Below, one piece after another: positions 9,951 through 19,788 of a DNA stretch of 64,000 nucleotides. The stretch's first letter is position 1, and each line of letters opens with the position of its first letter. The DNA is taken from the NCBI GenBank assembly GCA_965203555.1, contig CBDBCY010000004.1, positions 1,792,001 to 1,856,000 of the forward strand, written 5' to 3'. The notes under the pieces are model-generated. The model was not told where the DNA came from and searched no databases. It saw nothing but the letters and a program-made list of their open reading frames with translations. Source of the stretch: Acidimicrobiia bacterium. GTDB taxonomy: Bacteria; Actinomycetota; Acidimicrobiia; Spongiisociales; ZC4RG35. A program made the position numbers and the translations under genes.

Positions 9951-11060
9951 TCAGAAGCCAGGATTGCCGGGGGAACCGGAAAACCGCGGAACGATCTCTG
10001 CGCCGATGCGCTCGATGGATTCCAGGGTCTCCTCCAGGGTGGGACCAGAGAAATGGCGGAGTCGCAATATGATCTCCTCCGGCCCGACCAGTTCGATCCA
10101 TTCCGGAAGTGTTTCCAGCCAGTGTTCCAAGGATCCGCACAGCACGCGGTCGGTCAACACGTGCTCCACGGTCAACTCGGCCGGACCGGATAGGTCGGCG
10201 AACCACGGTTCGTACTTGGGGTGATAACTGTTGCCCCGCTCCATGTAAACCCTGTGGTAGCCGAGCACGTACTCTCCGTAAGTTTCTATTGCAGCCTGAT
10301 CGGTCTCTCCCAGCCAGGCTTCCCGCAGCATCACGATCCGGGGTTCTTTGCCCGCTCTTTCGCACTCTTCCCGGTAGATCTGCGCCAGATCTGCTAACCA
10401 GTGGATGTTGCGGATGGGACCGGTGACCCATCCGTCGGCGTAACGGGCGGCTCTTCTCACCCCGCCAGGTGACCATGCGCCAGCGAACACCTCCAACTCC
10501 ACATCGGCCACTGCCTCGTCCCGGACGGGAGTCCTGCCACGGTAGGGGCCGTCCAACACCACCTCCTCACCGTTCAGATAGGCCCTGATCGCCTGCAAGC
10601 CATGCTCCATGCGCTCCGCTCTCTGGCTGTGGTCGACCCCCAGTATCTGGAAATCTCCCTTCATGTAACCTGCGCCCACGCACAGTCGGAACCGGCCCGG
10701 GTGGAGCACGGCCAACATGGTGGCGTCCTGTACCACCTCCACCGGATGGTGTAAGGGCAGCACGACCAGGCCGGCGGCGAACATTATCCCCTCCACCTGC
10801 CCCAGGCCATAGGCAGAAAGAAGTATGGGGTTGTGGGAGTAGGAAGTGGCCCCGGAACTGCGCCGCTCCCCGGTATACACACAATGGAACGCGGCTGCCG
10901 ACGCCGCCGCGGATTCCTGCAGGAACCCATCGAGGTCGTAACGCCGCTGCCCGTTTTGGACTGTCTGGTTGGGGGGTGCGATGCTGAAGCGAATAGATGT
11001 GTCCGGGACGACTTGGGATATAGAGTAACCCTCTGCTGCCCAAGTCCCCCGGAGTCCCAC
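9951..11060 (-). CDS. LLM-class flavin-dependent oxidoreductase (start uncertain)
   Basis: LPLHHPVEVVQD, GRFRLCVGAGY, RRAARYADGW. Paralog of 15530..16576. Confidence 0.85.
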   Translation of the reverse strand: MGLRGTWAAEGYSISQVVPDTSIRFSIAPPNQTVQNGQRRYDLDGFLQESAAASAAAFHCVYTGERRSSGATSYSHNPILLSAYGLGQVEGIMFAAGLVVLPLHHPVEVVQDATMLAVLHPGRFRLCVGAGYMKGDFQILGVDHSQRAERMEHGLQAIRAYLNGEEVVLDGPYRGRTPVRDEAVADVELEVFAGAWSPGGVRRAARYADGWVTGPIRNIHWLADLAQIYREECERAGKEPRIVMLREAWLGETDQAAIETYGEYVLGYHRVYMERGNSYHPKYEPWFADLSGPAELTVEHVLTDRVLCGSLEHWLETLPEWIELVGPEEIILRLRHFSGPTLEETLESIERIGAEIVPRFSGSPGNPGF

Positions 11061-11095
11061 CTATCTTGGGGATAACAATCGAAAGGAGCCCGAGG

Positions 11096-12511
11096 TTGGA
11101 ATACCAGGATTATGACGCGATAGGACTGGCGGAGTTGGTGCGTAGTGGAGAGACAACTCCCGCCGAGTTGCTGGACACCGCCATAGAGCGGATCGAGAAG
11201 CTGAATCCGGTGATCAACGCGGTGAACCGCAAGATGTACGACGAGGCCCGGGCTTCGATCGAGCGGGGTCTTCCCGACGGGCCATTCACCGGGGTTCCCT
11301 TCCTACTCAAGGATCTCCGGGCGGCCTATGAGGGAGTTCCCACCGTAGCGGGCAGCACGTTTTTTGCAGACAAGGTGGCACCGTACGACAGCGAACTGGT
11401 GCGCCGCTACCGGGCAGCCGGGCTGGTGATCGCCGGCAAGACCAACACCCCCGAGTTCGGAGGGGCACCCACCACCGAACCCAGCCTGTACGGTCCTACC
11501 CGCAATCCCTGGAACCTGGAACATTCGAGCGGCGGCTCGAGCGGCGGCTCCGCAGCGGCGGTGGCGGCGGGAATCGTGCCGGCCGCCCACGGGAGCGACG
11601 GTGGGGGGTCCCTGCGTATTCCGGCGGGCTGTTGCGGAGTATTCAGTCTCAAGCCCACCCGGGGACGGACCCCGGCGGGACCCGACTTCGGCGAGGCCTG
11701 GAACGGCGTGAGCCAAGAGCACGTCATATCCCGCACCGTGCGCGACAACGCTGCCCTGCTGGATGTCACCACCGGCCCGTCGTTGGGCGATCCTTACTCG
11801 GTGCCGCCGTCCAAGGATTCGTTCCTGGCCTCCGCCGGGCATCCTCCCGGACCGCTTTCAGTGGCCTTCACCACTTCCACCCCGGCAGGACCTGCTCATC
11901 CCGACTGCGTGGAAGCGGTGGAAGAGACCATCAAGTTGCTGACCGAACTGGGCCACGAAGTCACCGAGGACAGCCCTGAGTGGGACCGGCCAACCGTGGG
12001 CGCCGCCTTCCGTTTGCTTATTGCCGCCAACGTCATGGCAGGCATTGACGAATACGCCGAAATAAAGGGTCGTCACCCCCGTGATGACGAATTGGAGAAT
12101 GTCATCCGCGTGTTGGGTGCGGAAAGCTATGACTTCACTTCGGTGGATATGGTGAGAGCCACTTGGGCCATGCACCGGGCCGGTCGGGCGGTAGCGCCCT
12201 TTTTCCAGAAATACGACGTCTGGTTGACCCCGACGGTGGCGACGCCACCACCACCACTGGGCCTCATCGATATGACGACCGAAGACATAGACTCCTACCT
12301 CGTAACAGTCTTCGGGTTTATACCGTTCACCGCCATCGCCAACATCGCCGGGATACCTGCCATGTCCGTCCCCATCCACTGGAACGCCGATGGTTTGCCG
12401 ATCGGAGTCCACTTCGTGGCCGGTTACGCCCGTGATGACCTTTTGTTCAGCCTGGCGGGACAACTGGAAGCGGCCCGGCCCTGGGCCGACCGTAGACCGC
12501 CGGTCAGCTAG
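11096..12511 (+). CDS. Amidase signature family protein
   Basis: [40 protein letters not shown] (Ser-cisSer-Lys triad). GAAAGGAG RBS before TTG 11096. Confidence 0.93.
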   Translation: MEYQDYDAIGLAELVRSGETTPAELLDTAIERIEKLNPVINAVNRKMYDEARASIERGLPDGPFTGVPFLLKDLRAAYEGVPTVAGSTFFADKVAPYDSELVRRYRAAGLVIAGKTNTPEFGGAPTTEPSLYGPTRNPWNLEHSSGGSSGGSAAAVAAGIVPAAHGSDGGGSLRIPAGCCGVFSLKPTRGRTPAGPDFGEAWNGVSQEHVISRTVRDNAALLDVTTGPSLGDPYSVPPSKDSFLASAGHPPGPLSVAFTTSTPAGPAHPDCVEAVEETIKLLTELGHEVTEDSPEWDRPTVGAAFRLLIAANVMAGIDEYAEIKGRHPRDDELENVIRVLGAESYDFTSVDMVRATWAMHRAGRAVAPFFQKYDVWLTPTVATPPPPLGLIDMTTEDIDSYLVTVFGFIPFTAIANIAGIPAMSVPIHWNADGLPIGVHFVAGYARDDLLFSLAGQLEAARPWADRRPPVS

Positions 12512-12523
12512 CGACATCACTGG

Positions 12524-12561
12524 AAAAGACGATGGGGCCGACTTGAGGTCGGCCCCATCGT
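12524..12561. terminator. Intrinsic terminator between convergent genes
   Basis: Perfect 14-bp stem ACGATGGGGCCGAC / GTCGGCCCCATCGT with a 5-nt loop; short U-tract on the minus strand. Confidence 0.8.
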
Positions 12562-12584
12562 GGTTCTCCGTGAAACGGTGCCTG

Positions 12585-14327
12585 CTACTCCTGGAAGTAG
12601 AGACCCTCGTAATCGATCTGAAGATCCAGTCGCTGATGGAATCCGCCCAGACCCGTGGTGTACGCGAAATTGTCCACCTGGTCGTATATGGAAACCCAAC
12701 AGACCAAGTCGATCAAGACGATCCGCTCCACCTCGCTGTAGGCGGCGATGCGCTCCTCTTCGGTCTGTGCCGTGGCGCCGATGACCGCCAGTTCATCCAA
12801 CCGGTCGCTGGTGCACGCCTTCACCAATCCGGCGGAAGTGAAGGTGGTCCGCATGAAGACATCCTCATGCGGATAGCGAACGTCGAATGGCAACTGGTGG
12901 GTGCCGCCCAGTTGATTGGTGAACAGGGCAACGATGAACTCCCCCGGCTCAAGAGCGCGAGCCTCCAAAGGCAGTCCGACCGCTTCCAACATTCCGACCA
13001 CTGCTTCGCCCATGTCCTTGTCGCTGATGTAGCGGCCGACCGTGTAGTTGATCGGAATCGGCGGGATGTCCCCTTCGGCCTGCACCTCGGCGACCAATTC
13101 CCTTGCCCGGTCCGGGTCGTACGGGTAATAGTCGTCGGCATGCCTACCGGTGCTGGAGAAGAAGTTGTGGAAGGCGTTGGGGTTGGCGATGCCGCCCCTT
13201 CCCTCCAACACTCCATCTACCAGGGCGTCCCGATCTATGGCATGGGCGATTGCCTGGCGGAGGCGGATGTCATCCAAAGGCGGAGCGTGGATGTTGATGC
13301 CCATAAAGAACTTGTTGCCTCCAGGCGCGGCGGAGAGAACCAGAGTGTCGTTCGCCTCGATGTCGTCGAAGAGCTGGGGTGACAGAGTGACGATCATATC
13401 CGCGTCGCCCGTTTGCAGGAGCGCCAGACGGGTGTTGGCGTCAGGAGCCCATGTCCACTCCACACCATCGAGACTGGGAGCGCCGTTCCAATAGTCCTGG
13501 TTGGCCGAAGCGCTGATCATCTCCCCCGGGATCCACTCCTCGAACACCAGCGGACCAGTGCCGACCGGCGCCAGACCGAATTCCTCGGCCCCCACTTCCG
13601 CCAGGTAGGCGGGCGGGAACACAAAGGTCTCGGTAAGCAAGGCTGGAAGCAACCCGATACCCGTCTCCGTGGTGGTGATGATCTCAAATGTTGTGTCGTC
13701 GACGGCTTGGGCATCGGCGATCAGGGTGAAATAGACCCGCAGCCCGCCGGTGTCGCGGTTGGCGCGCACCGAGGCGGCCGCCGCTGCAGCGTTGAACGGC
13801 TCACCGTTGTGGAACGAGACGCCTTCTCGCACCGTGAACCGCCAGGTGAGTCCGTCCACCTGCTCGTAGGCCGTGATCAAGCCACTCGGTTCCGGATGGT
13901 TATTCACATCCTTCTCCATGAGAACATCGATGATTCCCCGCGAGATTTGCTGTGCGAAGCGAGATGTGGCAATGGAGGGATTGAGAGATTTAGGTTCGGT
14001 TCCGATCACCATCCGCAGAATGCCCCCCTCCACCTTGGTGGGTCCTGCCTGCGTGGTCTCGGTCACCTCCTCTTCCATCTCCTCCTCTTCCTCTTCCTCT
14101 TCCATCTCCGCCGCCGCGGTGGTGGTTGTGGTGGCGCGGGTGGTGGCAGTGGTGGTTTCGGGAGTGGGTTCCTCCGGCGCGGTGGTGGCGGTGGTCGTGT
14201 CCGGCTGGGCGGCAGCGGTGGTGACCGACGGTTCCTCGTCATCACCGCATGCGGCCACCAGCAAGGCCAACGTAGCCAGGACCGCGATCAGCTTCACACC
14301 GGAAAAACGGCGGAATCTAAACCTCAT
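12585..14327 (-). CDS. ABC transporter substrate-binding lipoprotein (family 5)
   Basis: Lipobox LVAAC, Thr/Glu-rich linker, REGVSFHNGEPF, PVGTGP, RLRQAIAHAIDR. Confidence 0.92.
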   Translation of the reverse strand: MRFRFRRFSGVKLIAVLATLALLVAACGDDEEPSVTTAAAQPDTTTATTAPEEPTPETTTATTRATTTTTAAAEMEEEEEEEEMEEEVTETTQAGPTKVEGGILRMVIGTEPKSLNPSIATSRFAQQISRGIIDVLMEKDVNNHPEPSGLITAYEQVDGLTWRFTVREGVSFHNGEPFNAAAAAASVRANRDTGGLRVYFTLIADAQAVDDTTFEIITTTETGIGLLPALLTETFVFPPAYLAEVGAEEFGLAPVGTGPLVFEEWIPGEMISASANQDYWNGAPSLDGVEWTWAPDANTRLALLQTGDADMIVTLSPQLFDDIEANDTLVLSAAPGGNKFFMGINIHAPPLDDIRLRQAIAHAIDRDALVDGVLEGRGGIANPNAFHNFFSSTGRHADDYYPYDPDRARELVAEVQAEGDIPPIPINYTVGRYISDKDMGEAVVGMLEAVGLPLEARALEPGEFIVALFTNQLGGTHQLPFDVRYPHEDVFMRTTFTSAGLVKACTSDRLDELAVIGATAQTEEERIAAYSEVERIVLIDLVCWVSIYDQVDNFAYTTGLGGFHQRLDLQIDYEGLYFQE

Positions 14328-14450
14328 CTTCTTCTCCTTGTGTTGATGTCTATCTGTCTGTCAAACAGCTTGCAGGAATGCGCCATACCGCGCGGTACTG
14401 GTGCAATCCCTAGCTTATAACCCCAAGTCTCGGGCAGGGCTGCCGGGTCG

Positions 14451-15458
14451 CTATCGTCTTCTGGGCGTGGGCATCGTTTTGCCGGGCCAACCCACCGCAT
14501 AGGTGAAGTCTCCCGGCTGCACAATGGCCGGCCGAGCCGGCGCCAACATAAGCAGAGGCTCTTCGGTGACTGTGAACTCCCTCATCGGTCCAGGCCCCCA
14601 CAACTCGAATCCCGCACCCATCCCGGCTCGTGACCCGATCTCGTCAACTATGAACTCCTCTATGCGTTCTCCCGTCACAAGATCCGTTATCCACCCCACC
14701 GGACCAACCTCTGCCCTGATACCCACCTGGGACGGTCCGTATCGTCCGTCGAGCGCTCCGGCGTGAGAAGCCAGGAACACTTTCACCTGATCCAGAATCG
14801 CAACCTGATCGGGGCCGGTTGGCTGGGAGTCGAGATGACCCCGGTATCTCAGGGTATTCAGGCACCCCTCTACACCCAGGGTGGGGTCGTTTGACTCTCC
14901 TCCTCCGAACTCGGCCAGGAAAGAGGACCCCCCGGCGGCCGTCACCGCCTGGCTGAGTTGACCGGGGACATGCCTGTTGATCACCACCGGCAGATAGCCG
15001 AACGAGGCACTGAGATCCAGATCGCCATAGTCGTAGGTGTAATGCAATCCCCGGCCGGGGGTCCCGGAGTGAAGATCGACGACACAGTCGGCTTCCTCCA
15101 ACAGCGCTGACATCAGGGCATGCGCCATTTGGTCGGATAGAAACCCGGCAGGCCGACCGGGAAACCGCCGGTTGAGTTGCATGCCATCGGGGTTGTCCCG
15201 GGTTCCGGCGGCCAGACCGAATAGGTTGGAAGCCGGGACCAGGGTCACGGTCCCGGCAAGGTCTGAACCGAGCAGGCGACGCCGAAGTTCGTGAACCGCC
15301 AGAACCGCCAAGGGTTTGTCTCCCAGCAGGCCGGCCGCGATGGCGGTTGCCGGCCCGGACCGGGAACCGACCAACCGGTGAAACCGGATCTTCCAGGTTC
15401 CACCGTCCATCCGGCGAGCACCCGTGTCAACCTCATAGATCGTTTCGCCTACGCTCAT
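14451..15458 (-). CDS. Succinylglutamate desuccinylase/aspartoacylase (M14-like) family protein with altered metal motif
   Basis: LNRRFPG, VDLHSG and AEFGG are present. The usual HGDE motif reads LGDK. Confidence 0.78.
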   Translation of the reverse strand: MSVGETIYEVDTGARRMDGGTWKIRFHRLVGSRSGPATAIAAGLLGDKPLAVLAVHELRRRLLGSDLAGTVTLVPASNLFGLAAGTRDNPDGMQLNRRFPGRPAGFLSDQMAHALMSALLEEADCVVDLHSGTPGRGLHYTYDYGDLDLSASFGYLPVVINRHVPGQLSQAVTAAGGSSFLAEFGGGESNDPTLGVEGCLNTLRYRGHLDSQPTGPDQVAILDQVKVFLASHAGALDGRYGPSQVGIRAEVGPVGWITDLVTGERIEEFIVDEIGSRAGMGAGFELWGPGPMREFTVTEEPLLMLAPARPAIVQPGDFTYAVGWPGKTMPTPRRR

Positions 15459-15529
15459 TTATCTGCTCCTTGTGTAGCTGTTCCGTAGCCGGAGTTCGCG
15501 AAGAATTCTGACCTCCCCCGCGGTGCTTC

Positions 15530-16576
15530 TCAAATAAACCGGGGGATTATTTCGCGGCCGATGCGCTCTATCACCCGCAGGGTGTCATGTGGGGACGGAC
15601 CGCTCTGGAAGCGCAGGCGAAGCACTATCTCTTCAGGTTGGATGCTCTTAATCCAGCCCTGGAGCAGTTCCAGCCATGTATCTACCGATCCGATCACGAA
15701 CCGGTCCTCCAGCAGATGGTGCAACGCCAGTTCCTCTTTGCTGTCGATTTCCCTCAGCCACGGATCGACACCGACGTCGTAAGGCTTGCCCTCTCCGGTC
15801 TCCAGGCTCTTCCATCCACCCTCCATCCGCGGGAAGTACTCGGCATGGGCGTGGATCACGTGCGGGCCGTACTCGGCCCTGGCCTGCTCATCGGTGTCGG
15901 CCAGCCAGGCCTCCCGCAGGAGGCCGATCCGGGGTTTTCTTCCGTGCCGTCGGCATTCCTCCCGGTACACCTTCGCCAATTCGGCCACCACCTTTCCGGT
16001 GCGCATCGGGTCGGGCAACCACCCGTCAGCCAGGCGGGCGGTCCGCCGCACCCCCGCCTCGGCCCATGATCCCACCCACACTTCCGGCATGTGAGGACCC
16101 ATCGCCGGATCCAAGGCGGGCACCGGTCCCCTTCCCACGTCAATGCTGATCTCTCCGTTGCGGAAGGCGTTGATGAGCCGCAGTCCCTTTTCCATGTCCC
16201 GGCCCCTGCGCGACAGTTTCTTCCCGAACATTTCGAAGGCGTGCTCGTTGTACCCCGCTCCAACACCCAGCCGAAACCTCCCGGGATAGAGCGAATTGAG
16301 GACCGTGGCGTCCTGGATGACCTGGTAGGGGTCCCGCAGGGGCAACTGGACTACGGTGACGGCGAAGTTCAGGCGACTGGTGGCCTGCAGCGCCGAGGCA
16401 GCCAGGACATGCGGGCTCGTCGTATAGGCGGTCACCCCTATCCGGCGCTCTCCCACCACCACCGAGTAAAAACCGGCTCGCTCGGCGGCCTGGCACTCGG
16501 CTATGAAGGCGTCGAAGTCGAACTCGTAGCGTCCGTTGACAATCCTCTGCAGCGGAACGGCCAGACTGAAGCGCAA
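15530..16576 (-). CDS. LLM-class flavin-dependent oxidoreductase
   Basis: AERAGFYSVVVGERR, LPLRDP, GRFRLGVGAGY, ARLADGW. Confidence 0.88.
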   Translation of the reverse strand: MRFSLAVPLQRIVNGRYEFDFDAFIAECQAAERAGFYSVVVGERRIGVTAYTTSPHVLAASALQATSRLNFAVTVVQLPLRDPYQVIQDATVLNSLYPGRFRLGVGAGYNEHAFEMFGKKLSRRGRDMEKGLRLINAFRNGEISIDVGRGPVPALDPAMGPHMPEVWVGSWAEAGVRRTARLADGWLPDPMRTGKVVAELAKVYREECRRHGRKPRIGLLREAWLADTDEQARAEYGPHVIHAHAEYFPRMEGGWKSLETGEGKPYDVGVDPWLREIDSKEELALHHLLEDRFVIGSVDTWLELLQGWIKSIQPEEIVLRLRFQSGPSPHDTLRVIERIGREIIPRFI

Positions 16577-16588
16577 TTCGATCTCTCC

Positions 16589-16879
16589 TCAGGCAACCCA
16601 GGCTTCGGGGTGGCGCAGAGAGCACTCGTGCTTGACCAAGTGGTAGCTGGGTCGGCTGAACCCCGAACCCAGGGCTTCCCGGTGGCGACCGATGACCGCC
16701 TCCGCATCCCCGTCCGCCCGGGCGTGCGGCAAGCTGCCCCACTCCAGCATCACCATGATCGGGGGCTCGCTGCCCGGATAGACGGTGTGCTTGCCCTCCT
16801 CGAAACCCACCTGTCCCAACAGATCCCGCACAGGTGAAAACCTTCGTTCAATGCCAGCAACTATGCAAATAGCTTCCAA
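16589..16879 (-). CDS. Small hypothetical protein
   Basis: 96-aa ORF co-oriented with the downstream LLM gene and ending 13 nt before it. Its start lies inside the tandem repeat. Confidence 0.5.
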   Translation of the reverse strand: MEAICIVAGIERRFSPVRDLLGQVGFEEGKHTVYPGSEPPIMVMLEWGSLPHARADGDAEAVIGRHREALGSGFSRPSYHLVKHECSLRHPEAWVA

Positions 16880-17021
16880 TGCCTTCTAGATTAGAACTTG
16901 GGTTCGGAGATACCGTTGTGCAACTATGCAAATAGCTTCCAATGCCTTCTAGAACTTGGGTTCGGAGATACCGTTGTGCAACTATGCAAATAGCTTCCAA
17001 TGCCTTCTAGATTAGAACTTG
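16857..17021. repeat. Tandem repeat, about 2.7 copies (63 bp, 58 bp, partial 44 bp)
   Basis: Unit GCAACTATGCAAATAGCTTCCAATGCCTTCTAG(ATTAG)AACTTGGGTTCGGAGATACCGTTGT starts at 16857, 16920 and 16978. Confidence 0.95.
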
Positions 17022-18357
17022 CGGTTCCTGGACGGTCCCTGAGCCGAGCGCCAAGATCGTCGGGAGAGATGAATACTCGTCGCCGACCCTCTATGCTGGC
17101 ATCAAGCAGCCCATGGAACGTTAGGTCAAGCAGGTCGGCGCGAGCCGTCTGCAGGACCACATCATGGCTGGTGGCGTGGCTCCGATAGGTATAGCGGTAC
17201 CTGGGATGGCGCAGGGCATGCCCGAGGAGCGCCCTTTGTCTGTGGTTGAGCCCAGGGAGATCTCCGGCAATGCGTTCCGCGGCTTGCATGCGCTCGAGGG
17301 TTTGGTCGACGTAGATCGCCAATTCCTCGAAAGCCCTTCTCAGGACGGTGAGTTGGTGGATCAGGAAGTATGTCAGGTCGTTGCTGTCCGTTTCCGTGTG
17401 GAGAAAAGCGTTGGCGTACTTTACCGGTGCCTTCAGGACGATTTCGGAGATCGAGACATACTCGGTAAGCCAGTATCCAGAGCGAAGGGCGGACCAGTAG
17501 AATAATGTACGGGCCGCTCGACCATTCCCGTCGACGAATGGATGAATGTAGGCCAACCAAAAATGAAGCAGGATGGCTTTGACCAGCGGATGCGTAAAAG
17601 ACTCCTCCCCGTCATTGGCGAAGTCGCACATTCGGTCGATACGCTCTAGGATCTGTTCGGCGGGTGGCGGAGCGAATACAACCTCATCACTTTGCCAGGT
17701 AACAACAGACACCCTCGTCTCACCCGGCTGCTGGAAACGGCCGCAGTCCCTCGGGTTTTCCATGGTGCCTTCGGCGAGTCGGGCGTGCATTTCCAGCAGT
17801 AGTTCCGGTGTAAGGTCCTCTGAGACCGCTTCCTTGATGTAGTTGATTGCTCGGTAATTGTTGAAAACCATGCGTTCAGACTTGTCCCGAGGACTCCGAC
17901 CTGACCTGAGCATCTGCTTGGCCACCATACGGGTCGTGGAAGCGCCTTCGAGTTGTGAGGATGAGAGGGCTTCTTCAATGAGTCCACGCACTTTGTAGCG
18001 GTCTCGTGTGGTTCGATCCAAGACAGCCGGGGGCGCGGCAGACCTGCCAGTGGCCCGAAGGTCCAGGTTGTGGAGGCTCTTGAGGATCGGGTCGACAAGG
18101 CTGTAAGCAAACGGCCTACCTTGTTTGTCAACCAAATCGGTTGTTCGAGATAGTTGATTCCGGGCAAGGCGCATACCGATCCACCACTGTTCCACCGTGA
18201 GACCCTCAGGGGGCTGTCGTCGGCGGAGGTCATCCCAGTGGAGGTACCTACCGTCCTGCAAGGTCGCCCCCACGTTCACCAACCGAACAAGCGTCTCAGG
18301 AGCAAGGCCTTCCAGCCGAGCGTACATATCCGGAGGTTTGGCGATTCTCATAGCCAT
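16924..18357 (-). CDS. Fic family protein
   Basis: Canonical HPFVDGNGRAAR motif, SSQLEG inhibitory-type motif, probable C-terminal HTH. Confidence 0.92.
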   Translation of the reverse strand: MAMRIAKPPDMYARLEGLAPETLVRLVNVGATLQDGRYLHWDDLRRRQPPEGLTVEQWWIGMRLARNQLSRTTDLVDKQGRPFAYSLVDPILKSLHNLDLRATGRSAAPPAVLDRTTRDRYKVRGLIEEALSSSQLEGASTTRMVAKQMLRSGRSPRDKSERMVFNNYRAINYIKEAVSEDLTPELLLEMHARLAEGTMENPRDCGRFQQPGETRVSVVTWQSDEVVFAPPPAEQILERIDRMCDFANDGEESFTHPLVKAILLHFWLAYIHPFVDGNGRAARTLFYWSALRSGYWLTEYVSISEIVLKAPVKYANAFLHTETDSNDLTYFLIHQLTVLRRAFEELAIYVDQTLERMQAAERIAGDLPGLNHRQRALLGHALRHPRYRYTYRSHATSHDVVLQTARADLLDLTFHGLLDASIEGRRRVFISPDDLGARLRDRPGTASSNLEGIGSYLHSCTTVSPNPSSRRHWKLFA

Positions 18358-18516
18358 GAATTCTCGCGCATCGTATCTGGTGACCAGAAGAGTAGTCAGA
18401 TCTCTCTTCTAATCAGCGCCAGATTAGCACATTGCATCTAAACTGTCCTCCCGCCTGCTATCTCCTGAGGGCGGGTCTATGAAGGGCACCGGGCTTGCAC
18501 GATTTTGCTTCCATGT

Positions 18517-19772
18517 TTATTCGTGCTCTGCCACTTCGAATGTGATGGGAAGCCTCTCCAGCAGCATGAACTGGAAGTGGGGACGGCGATGGAACTCGCT
18601 GGTCGCCAGGTGGATGGGATCGAAACGCCGGAGCAACTCGCCGATCGCCACCTGCGCCTCCAAACGCGCCAGGGGAGCACCCAGGCAGAGGTGACGTCCT
18701 CCTCCGAAGGAAAGGTGCCTGATGTCCGGGCGCCGGACATCGATCCGGTCGGGATTCCGGTAGAGATCGGGATCCCGATTGGCGGCGGCGATCAGCGCCA
18801 GTACCCGTTCGCCGGGCGCCATCCGCTCTCCGTTCACTTCCCATTCGGTGGTGAGATACCGGTAGTGGGCATGAACCGGCGACTCCCAGCGCAGAAACTC
18901 TTCCACTGCGTTGGGCACCAGCTCGGGAGAGGATCGCAACAGGGTCATCTGGTCGGGATTCTGCAACAGACCCAGCACCATGGAGCCGATCAGCCCCATG
19001 GTGGTCTCGAACCCGGCGGTGATCAGTCCCCGCAGGGTAGAGATCAACTCGTCCCGCGACAGTCGGTCGCCCGCTTCCTCCAATGCCACCAGATGCGAGG
19101 TGAGATTGTCGGTGGGCGATTCCCGGTGACGATCCACCAGGGCGCCCAGATATTCGATGAAATTGGCGCAGGCGCGATGGCACAACTCTATGCCTTCTTC
19201 ATCATTGGCGTCGGGAACGAACATCCGCAGCAGATCGGGAGTCCACTCCATCAGCAAATCCCAATCGGTGTCAGGTATGCCCAAAGCCCACAGATCACCC
19301 GCATGGGGACCACCATGGCGAACTCCGACATCACCTCCATCTCGCCCCGGTGCTCCACCTGCGTCCAGGGCCTCGGTGACGATCTGTTCCACCACCGGTC
19401 GGTAACGCAGCCGTGGCGCGGGGAGTGAAGGCAGGGGAGAGAAGGCGACGCAGGCGGGTGTGGTCAGGAGCGGATCGGACATGGAGATGCTATGCGCCCA
19501 CATCCGGGCCGCCGGGCCGTCACGGATCGCCGCGGGGATCTCCCCCCCGGGAGGTCTCATCCGGGAGGTCGGACTTCCCAGAACCGCAGCGATGCATCGC
19601 GGAACCGGCTCACGACCCGGGCGCCACCGTCGCCCAGGGTGGCGTGGCCAACCGGGCACTGTTGTTGAAGGCGCCGATAAACCGGGTAGGGGTCGGCCAG
19701 AAAGCCCAAGTCGGTGGGATCGTAGATGATCGCCGGCTCCGTGTCCCCGTTACCGGCTGAGCCTTGGTGCAT
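18517..19772 (-). pseudogene. Cytochrome P450 with multiple N-terminal frameshifts
   Basis: The C-terminus is intact: AGFETT, EEFLR, FGGGRHLCLG. N-terminal motifs (FLADPYPVYRRL; PDHTRLRRLLSPAFTPR; EFAMVVPMRVIC) fall in different frames. Confidence 0.88.
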
Positions 19773-19788
19773 TGTTCTCTCCCCGGAG

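Noticed and set aside
14040-14230. Low-complexity Thr/Glu tract
   Set aside because: Ordinary flexible linker of a lipoprotein substrate-binding protein.
16857-17021. Possible CRISPR array
   Set aside because: The sequences between repeats are identical rather than unique spacers, and there are no cas genes in the window. It is a tandem duplication.
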